A stretch of DNA of 63,846 nt, counting the filler, from Kipferlia bialata (lineage: Eukaryota): the NCBI GenBank assembly GCA_003568945.1. It is 5 parts of 5 records of this genome, joined end to end, with 100 filler letters (N's around TTAATTAATTAA, not from the genome) between each part and the next. Parts side by side here need not be neighbours in the genome. Positions count along the whole stretch, not along the records: positions 47,462 to 59,984 come from BDIP01000499.1; positions 60,085 to 63,846 come from BDIP01000575.1; 3 more parts are not named here. One strand, 5' to 3'. Positions 53,409-63,846 of this stretch are shown here, piece by piece (position 1 is the first letter of the stretch; every line of letters begins with the position of its first letter). The position numbers were made by a program, and so were the translations under genes. The notes beneath the pieces were generated by a model. It had not been told where the DNA came from and did not search any database. It saw only the letters and a program-made list of their open reading frames with translations.

Positions 53409-55096
53409 CTACCTGGAGTCCTGCAGGCTCAGCAGGCCAGCAATCTCAAGGTTCCTGAGGTGAGGGCTTGTGTGGAATGAACAGAACAGAAAAGTATAGT
53501 ATACTGAACAAATAGTCCAATTCGCTGTACCTGAGGGCACTTGCTACTGATGCCCCATAGCATGACACTACTAGACCCACGGCACGCTGCATGGTCTTCC
53601 TGTCAAGGCCTCCATCCACGACAGACAGGAGGCAGAGGGCCCTGGTATTAGAGGAAACGACACACAATAGTCAATATATACAGACGAATATATATATATA
53701 TATTGTGACGTATATCTAGGCCTCCATCCACCACAGACAGGAGGCAGAGGGCCCTGGGCGTTAGTATACACATACATGACATAATAATACACATATGTAT
53801 ACATAGACAGAGAGAGAAAGAGAGAGGATATCTAGGCCATCATCTACTAGCAGACAGAGGGCCCAGGATATGATAAAGCAGGACGGATCAATTAAAACAC
53901 TGGTACACAACTTCACATGTATATATATATATATACTACATACCTTAGCACTCTAGCCTTGTGCTTGGGTGACATGGTGGGGTTGGTCTCATCCTCTCTC
54001 TCTCTCCCTCTCTCTCTCAATATATATATACATATAAACATACATATATTCTATAAAATACCTCAGCACCCGAGCCTTGTGCTTGGGTGACATGCTCGGG
54101 TTGGTCTCGTCTGCCATACAGGCCTGGATCACATCCTCCAGTCTATCAATGTACTTGTTGCCCTGGGGTTAGCATTTTAACAACCTAGTAACAATAATTA
54201 CAGTGCAGTCAGATTGTAAATCACTCTCTAATCTGTACAATGTACTTGTTTCCCTGGGATTCGCATGTCACCAACTGAGTAAATACATAACACATATATC
54301 TGTATACACGATCCCAATACCTTCTTCTCCCCCTTCAGCAGGATCGATGACTCGTACTTGTGCAGTGCGGGCAGGAGGGCATCCTTCTTGACAAGCTTCA
54401 GGATGTCCCTGACAAAGGAGGCAAAGTTAGTAAGAACCTTGGATCAGATACATATAGACAAAGAGAGAGAGAGAGAGAGAGAAGGATGTCTCTGACAAAG
54501 GAGGCAAAGTTGGTAAGGACCTACAGTAAGAGCAAGAGAGAGAAAAGGATGCCCCCAAATGACCGAAGGAATAACAGGTAACGTCTTTAGAGTAGACACA
54601 CAGAGAGCGAACTATCGTTCTCATAATAGTAGTACATACCTGCACGTGTATCCTGCTGATCAGCCTCTGCTGTCCCTGCTGGGCAGATGAGGTCTCGAGG
54701 TCATTCTCCAGGCCCTGGGGGTTAGCTGCACTATATGACTCGCGCTCATATGTATCACATTATGATATGACAAAAATCTCTGAATCTCGCTCTATAGGGT
54801 CATTCTCCATATCCCCTGGGTGCAAGAAGTGTCATTGATAGCAAAGACAAAAGGAATGACGACTATTCCGCCATTATATCCACTAACCTGCACCCTCTTG
54901 AGTATGGCAAAGTATGGGTCGAGGAATACAACTATAACGAGGATTCAAAATAGTATATTAAGAGTTGGAAACATATATATCTATATCTCTCTATATACTC
55001 CCACCTGCACCCTTTTGAGTATGGCAAAGTAGGGGTCGAGGTCAAGGAAGTGGTTGTCCTGGGGTGAGATGACATATATACACATACATACATATA

Positions 55097-55135
<39 letters not shown>

Positions 55136-56949
55136 ATATATAACATATATATAAATATGTACAACAAACAACAGTATATATATGTGTATGTGCACTTGTA
55201 TGTGTATGTGTCTAGGTGGTTGTCCTGGGGTGAGACGACATAATAAGGCTAACTATAAATACATTTGAATGAAAATGTTGATATAAACTCATACCTGTAA
55301 GCTGTAGAAGACATACTACTCTCCTGCGTGCTTTCATAATCACAACAACACAAGTATCCAAAGATCTCGTAAATCCATACCTGAATGCTGTGGAAGATGG
55401 GGTTGTTGTTGTTGATGCAGCAGGAACGGGTCTTGTCAGCAGAGACCTGGGGTGTCAGAAGGGAGATACACACACATAAACACATATATATATCCATAGA
55501 GAGAGAGAGAGAGGGAGATAGGAAGGAACGGGTCTTCTCAGCAGAGACCTGGGGGGGAGGAAGGGAGAGAGATACGTGGACACGATACAGGGAATAGGAG
55601 GCACCAAGAGAGAGAGAGAGAGAGAGAGAGGGTGTGTGTGTACCTGCAGGTGACACATGGAGTGTGCACAGTTGGCAAGGGACAGGTCATGCAGAACACC
55701 TGGGGTAAAGGGGGGTAGAGAGAGAGAGAGAGAGACAGGTCATGACCTATGTCTTACTATTTACACTTCTCTGCCTCCTACCTCTGATTGTGTCCTCTGT
55801 GTGCAGAATGGCCTACCTTCTCTCACATACACACACACAGTCTCTCTCTCATTCTATATGTCTCACTATATATATATATATATCTGCCTGATACCTGTGA
55901 TTGTGTTCTCTGTGTGCAGCATGGACACAGGATCAAGGGCCCTGAAATAAGGGGTGTAGAGACAGAGAGCATACAATATACATTGAATAGTTGGAGGGTA
56001 AAGGCAAGGAGTCCGGGACCCCGTACATATGTATAAATTTGAATATACACATATTAATATATCTATATATATAATCATATATCCAAATATATATACATGC
56101 CCACCTGTCCACGATGTACAGGTCGATGCCGCTGCCCTCCATCTCTCTCTCCCTGCTCTCGGCAGAACCAGAGTCACTGGTGTAAGGGTGTAGATTGGAG
56201 GGAGAGAGATAGAGACACTCGGCAGAACTAGAGTCACTGGTGTAAGGGTGAAGAGGGAGGAAGAGAGAGAGATAGAGATTCCTCCGCACACATCGTACAG
56301 TGTGGCGGTTTATATAATGTGAAGGCCAAAACACTAATATTTGAACACACTGGATATTACTCATATAACCATACACATGCCCCTGGCTTCTGTGTACACA
56401 TGGTGCAGTTAAGATAGTGAATATAGTATGATTTACGATAAATATGAATATATACAACATGAATATATACGATGAGAGAGATGAGTAAGAAATATAAATA
56501 ACACATATACATACCCCTTGGCCTCTGTGTACACATCGTGTAGCTTCGATGCAATGTCACCCTTGGCCATCACTCTGTCGAAGCCTGGGGTGGGTAAAGG
56601 GTGTAGGGGGAGAGAGAGAGCCTCAGACAACAACTACGTGTGTCTAGGTACTTCCGTCGATGTATCTCTCTAACTGTCTGAGGCCCAGGGCACTGTGAAT
56701 GTGTGTATATATATATTAATATTCATATATATATATCATATATACATATATACCTCCATCAATGTATGGGGTATATATATAAATATACCTCTTTTCACAC
56801 ACATACTTATATTTAGACATGAATGTAAAATATATATACCTCCGTCGATGTATCTCTCTAACTGTCTGAGGCCCAGGGCACTGCTGTAGAGGGAAGAGGT
56901 GTTGGTGTCGGTGGCAATCTAGGATGACGGGTGGGTAATAGTGAGAGAT

Positions 56950-57000
<51 letters not shown>

Positions 57001-59811
57001 ACTGCTGTAGAGGGAGGAGGTGTTGGTGTCGGTGGCAATCTGGTACGTGAGTAAAAGTAATATTTAGCTTGAATACATATATGCAATTACAGAGTCCCAG
57101 ATGGAGGAGCAACACACCACTGTAGCAAATATATACGGACCTCCCTCCATGTCATGTGCTATGAAGGGGGCATCCCACATATACACTTTATATATACACC
57201 ACTAGTAAATATATATACATAGACCAGGTATATACCTCCCTCCACACTGTAGTGCCCATCTCCAGCACATCTCTGTCATGTGCTATGAAGGGGGCATCCC
57301 ACACAGCCACTCTAGGGCCACTGCCTGCAAGGTGGTCGGAGACACGCTGCTGGGATGAGATATACTAATATGTATATATATGGAGAGAGAGAGAGAGAGA
57401 GAGGACCTGCATAGTGGTCGGAGACACGCTGCTGGGATAAGAAGTGTACTATCTTCCGTGTATCTATATATAGGGAGAGACGTGCGAATATAGTGAGAGA
57501 GAACGGCTGCCAGGTGGTCGGAGACACGCTGCTGGGATAAGAGGTGAATATATATACATATGCATTGGCTGTGAGAGAAATACAGCATGGGGCCACTGCC
57601 AATATATACATATTTATGTACATGCACTCACCCCGTAGTACTCTGGCACGTACTGGATGAAGACTACCAGCCAGTCAGCCTCAACGTCGCAGATGGACTG
57701 GGGTCAGATACATTGATAGCGGCAAAGATGAAAATGTAACCAGAGAGTATATATATAAATATCTTCCATACAATGCTTGGTTATATAATTATGACAGCCA
57801 GTCAGCCTCAACGTCGCAGATGGACTGAAGTTAGACACATAGATATATAGAGAGAGAATACAGAACTAGCAGCCACAGGTGGACTGAAGTGAGAAGCTCC
57901 ACAATTGAGAAATAGTATGGGAGACTAGACCTCAAAGAATACTTCACATTGACTAATGTACTATAAAAAGCAATATACCACGAATTGTGACAGTGTATTA
58001 TTCACTGATGTCTGTCTATAGATAAGGAGAGAGAGATGACCTCCATCTCCGTGAAGCACTGTATGAGGCAAATATTGTTATGAAAACAGAGAGTGCATAC
58101 ATCTTGTATTCAATATACTTGATATATATATACCTCCATCTCCGTGAAGCACTGTGTGATACACAAGTACCCAAAGAGAAAGAGTTCAAAATGGTATAAC
58201 AATTTACATGTCAATATATATATCATAAGATGATGTATATATCTTTATATATATACAATATATATATATACCTCCATCTCCGTGAAGCACTGTATGAGCT
58301 TGGACACGTTCTCCCAGGTGGGTCTGAGGACAAATATCTGGGAATGAGGGTGTAGCGAAAGAGAGAGAGAGAGGCAGAGAGACAGAGCCTACCAGGTGGG
58401 TCTAAGGACAAATATCAGGAAATAAGGGTGTAGAGAGAGAGAGAGAGAGAGATGTAAATACATACCTTCTTCTTGACGTTCTTGGCAGCTAGTGGAACGC
58501 TGAAGGTGCCTCTGATGCCTGAGGGTCAGAGAGAGAGAGAGAGTAACAAGAACATAGAGGAAATACCCCGAAGTGGCATTCTAGGATACCGACAGTCACC
58601 ACACTCCCAGTCAATGAGTGTACATATAGCATACGTAAACATATTATTGTATACCCGTCTCGCTTCTGAACACCGGCCATCCTGGGGCAAGGTTGGTGGG
58701 GATCTCAGTGGCCCTGGCGTTAGGAATAATAATAAAGACCATACTATACTATGATATGTGATATACTCCATTAGACCCGTACTACTGTCAATGCATCACT
58801 ACCTCTGGCTGTCCCAGAAGTATAGCAGGCCCAGTGAAATGGGGAAACACATAAAGATACAACCATACATACTGCTGTATAACACACACTCTCTCTATAT
58901 ATATACAACCATACCTCTGACTGTTCCAGAAGTATGGCAGGCCCAGTGCAATGTGGGCAGAGAGGGAGGGGTCAAAGTAGAAGGCGGTGTTCTGGGGTAA
59001 GAGAGAGAGAAAGAGAGAGAGGGAGGTCAAATCGAAAGACAAGAGTGTTCTGAGGTTTGTCATTAATACATAAAAGAACACAGTACTGATACAATCACTG
59101 CTGAAAGGGGATTCCATTACCCTATACCATAGTGTATCAACATAGCACCCACCGTGAATGTGAACACTGTGCCCTGGTACCCCTTGAGACGCTGATAACG
59201 CTGGGGGACGTCCTAGGTGTTAGTTCTTTGTGATTCGAGGAGAGAGAGAGAGACAGAGAGAAAGTAAGCGAGATAGCGATGGTAGACATCCTTGGCAAAC
59301 TATACCGTGATGCATGGAGGATATGCAAACAAAATGCCATTCAAAGCTAATGTAAATAGTCTCTATACACTGTACCTTGGACACTATGTCTGTGAACTGG
59401 TTCAGTGCATCGGTGCGGTACCTGGGGGTAGGGGAGAGGGGGGGGGGGAGTATATAAGACACAATGTGTCCATATAAATATACAACTACTATATATACCT
59501 ACCATAGAGTACACCCATACCTGTCTGCCAGTGATACAGTGCTATGGAGACTACATCACACAATCAGTACATGATATTATGTACCTATCTATTCCTATGA
59601 CACTGTCTGCCAGGTAGGGCTGTCTCTTGCCAGCATGGTGGAAGGTGTCCTAGGGTAAGGGAGAGACAGAGGGGGAGAGAGGGAGAGACAGAGGGAGAGG
59701 GGATAAGGAGGGATGATCCCTGTACATCATAGTGGAAGGTGTCCTAGGGTAAATACATAATTATTTGTATGATACAGAGTGAGAGAGATTGTAGGTATGG
59801 TGGAAGGTGTC
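51548..59811 (-). CDS. Large multi-exon protein of unknown function; 5' end missing
   Basis: Phase-compatible exon chains, e.g. ATEIPTNLAPGWPVFRSETG/IRGTFSVPLAAKNVKKK/IFVLRPTWENVSKLIQCFTEME and DNHFLDLDPYFAILKRVQ/GLENDLE../VLTNFASFVRDILKLVKKD. Confidence 0.7.
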
Positions 59812-59984
59812 CTAGGATATATGAGGGAGAGAGAGAGAGAGTCAGATATTAGATATATACAGTCAGAGTCACAGAGACACAGACAGACAGACATCCAATG
59901 GGATAGAGAGAGACGGTATGGAAGAAGGAGAGATGGGGGGGGGGGGGGGGGGGGGGGGGGGAGAAAAAAAAAAAAAAAAAAAGA

Positions 59985-60084
59985 NNNNNNNNNNNNNNNN
60001 NNNNNNNNNNNNNNNNNNNNNNNNNNNNTTAATTAATTAANNNNNNNNNNNNNNNNNNNNNNNNNNNNNNNNNNNNNNNNNNNN
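59985..60084. other. Artificial contig linker
   Basis: N44-TTAATTAATTAA-N44. Confidence 0.98.
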
Positions 60085-63000
60085 CATGAGCTGTGTCTGT
60101 CTTCACTCTCTCTCTATATATATATATACACATATATATGCATACACTAACCTCTGCCTGGCCACTGCCATGAGCTGTGTCTGTGCCCCCCCCCCCTCCC
60201 TTTCTCTCTCTCTCTCTATAAATATATATATCATTATATATATACTATATATATACCTCTGCCTGGCCACTGCCATGAGCTGTGTCTGTGCTCTCTCTCT
60301 CCCCCTCTCTCTCTCAATATATAAATTCAATATGCACTACTGACCTCTGCCTAGCCACTGCCATGAGTTGTGTCTGTGTGGCCGGTCTGCCACCCTGGCC
60401 CATCACAGACGGCATGGGCACACCAAGGGCCTTGTTGTAAGTGAGGCATGTATATATGTAAATATACATATAGAGGCAGAGAGAGAGAGACATACAGAGA
60501 GACAGAGAGACAGAGAGAGGGATGGTGACAGAGAGGGCACAATCTTACCTGTAGAGGGTGGACCTTCTTGCCCTGCTTCTTGGCCTCAGACATATATATA
60601 CACACACTATATTATATATCATATATACATATATATATGTTATACATATATACTATACCTGCAGTGGGTGGATCTTCTTGCCCTGCCTCTTGGCCTCGGC
60701 TATCTCGGCATCCCGCTGCAGCTTGATCTGGTGGTTAGACATCATATACACTGCTGATATAGTATACAATATGAAGTATTAAATAGTACACATATCTCGG
60801 CATCCCGCTGCAGCTTGAACTGGGGGGTGAGACACCCCATATTCGTATAGTATATGATATATATAGCCTATCAGATGCAGTAAATAGAATACAGTACAAT
60901 GTATACACCACCCGATTCACTAACATACCTTGTAGTCGGATGTCTCCATGAAGGCCCGTCCCACAGCACATACTTACACTATATATACTATACTATGATA
61001 TATCTATGATATGTATAATCTTATATATATATAGTGTGTGTATGTGTATATCCATATATGCATACCTTGTAGTCGGGTGTCTCCATGAGGGCCAGTCCCA
61101 CGGCTGCCTTCCTGAGGGCACCCACATCATTGGTGCCATCGCCACACATGAGGGGGGCCATGCCTGGTATTTGATATGTATATATACGCTAATATGGGGT
61201 GGGGGAGAAAAAGAGAGAGTTGACGCCAAATAGTATAGATAGATACTATAGTAGGGGGCCCATGCCTAGGGGTTAGAGGGAATGTATATGTGTACAGATA
61301 TATATATATATATATATATATATACGTATACCTGCATCTGCGAGCACTGCCACCACAGCAGCCTTGTACGGGGTATAAACACATATATTCACCCAACCAT
61401 AGATTCATACATCTATCTATATATATATCATATATCTATGTATATACATGTACATACACACCTGCATCAGCGAGCACTGCCACCACGGCTGCCTTGTTGT
61501 CGGGGGAGCACCTGGCAATGACCTGTGGGTAAGAGAGAGAGGAAGAGAGAGAGGGAGAGAGAGATAGATATTCACAACCAAGATGGCAGCATGCAACATC
61601 ATGTATATATGAATACCATACCTTGAGCAGGGGTGTCACGAGTGTGGCCAGGGCTGGGATCTCAAGGAGCTCGTCAAGCTTGTTGCCTGATGGTAAGGGA
61701 TAGTCCAAGGCTATAGAACTAACACCCACATATATATAGTATATCATACTATACTTCATCATGCACCTGATGCACACAGTGCCATCTCCCTGATGTCTGG
61801 CAGTGTCTGCCCAGGTGTGATAGTATACATGCATATACATATATATATATATATATATATACTATACCTGATGCGCATAGGGCCATCTCCCTGATATCAG
61901 GCAGTGCCTGTCCAGGTGTGATGGGCAGAGTGGCAGGGGGCACACTAGAGACACCAGGCTGCTCAGCATAGAGGGGCTCAAACACAGCACAGGGAGGGGT
62001 GGGTTTGGACTGTCATCAGCAACCGCGTAGAATAGGAGGATCGCGTAGAATAGGGGAATCGCGTAGAATACGTACCTTCTTGTCTGCAGGGTCTGCTGGG
62101 GCACCTGGAGTGACAGAGGCGAGGCGCATGACGGCCCTGCCCTTGGCAACAATGGCACTCTTCCTACACGATAAGGAGGGGTATCGCGTAATTGTGATAA
62201 TGAATATGCTATATAATGTATATATACCTGGCAACAGCTGCTGCTGTGTGCAGGTTGTCCCCTGTGATCATATATATATATATATATATATACTACATAT
62301 ACTACTACACCAATATAGTAATATACTACTACACCAATATAGTATATGTTGTATACCTGGCTACAGCTGCTGCTGTGTGGAGGTTGTCCCCTGTGATCAT
62401 GATATATATATATATATATACATATATACTACTAAATACACTACCATGCCAGTATAGTATATGTTGTATACCTTGCCACAGCAGCAGCTGTGTGGAGGTT
62501 GTCCCCTGTGATCATGATGCACCTGTGGCCACTGGACTTGAGGGACAGGATGGTCTTCCTGGAGGTAAGTCATCATCTATATCAATATACATATATACAT
62601 AACCACTATGATACTATAGGTTCTATATACACTGGACTTGAGGGACAGGATGGTCTTCCTGAGGGTCAGTGTACAAGATATATATATATCAATAATATAC
62701 CGCACTATGCATACGCAATATACACACCGCCATGTCATCTCTCTCTCTATATATATTATTATACATATACCTAGTGTCTGTCTTCAAGGGACTGTCACTC
62801 AGCATCAGTCCGGCAAAGACTATATTAACCTATACAACACATAAATACCTGATATATACTATGCATACTACATACATACTACATACATATATACCTAGTG
62901 TCTGTCTTGAGTGGACTGTCACTCAGCATGAGTCCGGCAAAGACTATATATATACAAACAACATAACTACTTCATAATATATGTATATTCTATATACTAT

Positions 63001-63696
63001 ATAGTATATACTATATATACCTAGTGTCTGTCTTGAGTGGACTGTCACTCAGCATCAGTCCGGCAAAGACTAGGTCCTTCTCAACCTCACTCCTCTTCTT
63101 GGTGCGGATGACGGCAGATCTGACGGTGAGACTAACTTGTCACTAATCGAGTAGAGTCTTGTCACACACCGTGTACCACTCACCCTGATGACAGGTCTGT
63201 CTGTCCACCCAGTCTATCTTACTTGTCACACAGTATAATGCAGTTAATATATAACGTGTAGCACTCACCCTGATGACAGGTCTGTCTGTCCTCCCAGTCT
63301 GCGGTAGGCAAGGGCAATCACCCTGTAGCCCTGTCTGGAATGGTCAGATATGAAGAAAACACCCATACATACCAAAATTATGATAGATAACAAAACAGTA
63401 ACTCTGAAGCCGTGTCTGGAGGGGTCAGAGAGAAGCCGACAAGGATGATATAGTATATCAAGAAAGATGATTGACATTTTCAGAGGGTATATATTTTCCT
63501 GGTAGCCTTGGACAGCTCTGCCTCGACCCACTCTGACACACAATAAGAGACAATATAGAAGGTATATATAGATAGGAAAGGTAGATATAACTAACCTGGT
63601 AGCCTTTGACAGCTCTGCCTCGACCCACTCTGGTGTCTCAGTGCACATGGTGGAGATGACCTCTGGTGCTCCCTGATTATTAATGTATATTCACTC

Positions 63697-63740
<44 letters not shown>

Positions 63741-63846
63741 TCGGGTGTCTCAGTGCACATGGTGGAGATGACCTCGGGGGCACCCTAGAGAGTTAGAGAG
63801 AGAGAGAGAGAGAGGGGGGGGGGGGGGGGGGGAGAGGGGAAGAAGC
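60085..63846 (-). CDS. ATP13A1: P5A-type ATPase (Spf1/ATP13A1-like), internal N/P-domain exons
   Basis: [66 protein letters not shown] (the P5A-type variant; P5B enzymes have GDGANDCGAL). Confidence 0.85.
62024..62070. repeat. Intronic 18-bp tandem repeat (CGCGTAGAATAGG..) x about 2.6
   Basis: Directly visible inside the intron between the ..ADKK and SKPTPP.. exons. Confidence 0.85.

Noticed and set aside
60085..63100. Repeat-spacer pattern resembling a CRISPR array
   Set aside because: The repeats are exon fragments of a eukaryotic ATPase, the spacers are microsatellite introns, and there are no cas genes.
62228..63119. Classical mutually exclusive exons
   Set aside because: Echoes have only one splice site each, are partial, and encode the same peptide, so they would not give alternative full exons.

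Overview
Eukaryotic, intron-rich protist DNA. The very short branch-point-to-AG distance, (TA)n/(GA)n-filled introns and poly-G/C contig ends suggest a fornicate/metamonad such as Kipferlia; this is inference and was not checked against a database. The window is five unrelated assembly pieces joined by artificial N44-TTAATTAATTAA-N44 linkers (1-18025, 18126-36140, 36241-47361, 47462-59984, 60085-63846). Recognisable genes: a pentapeptide-repeat protein with one in-frame TAG; a spliced ~9 kb gene that appears to fuse CBM48, CCCH zinc finger, DEAH-helicase remnant, RING-IBR and Ser/Thr kinase modules; a large PH-BEACH-WD40 protein; a P5A-type ATPase; and several proteins of unknown function. The main unexplained signal is 'exon echoes'. 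In four of the five pieces, introns contain partial copies of the adjacent exon (acceptor plus 5' half upstream, 3' half plus donor downstream). These copies differ from the complete exon mostly at synonymous sites, and in several cases the two halves add up to one exon split around the intact copy.
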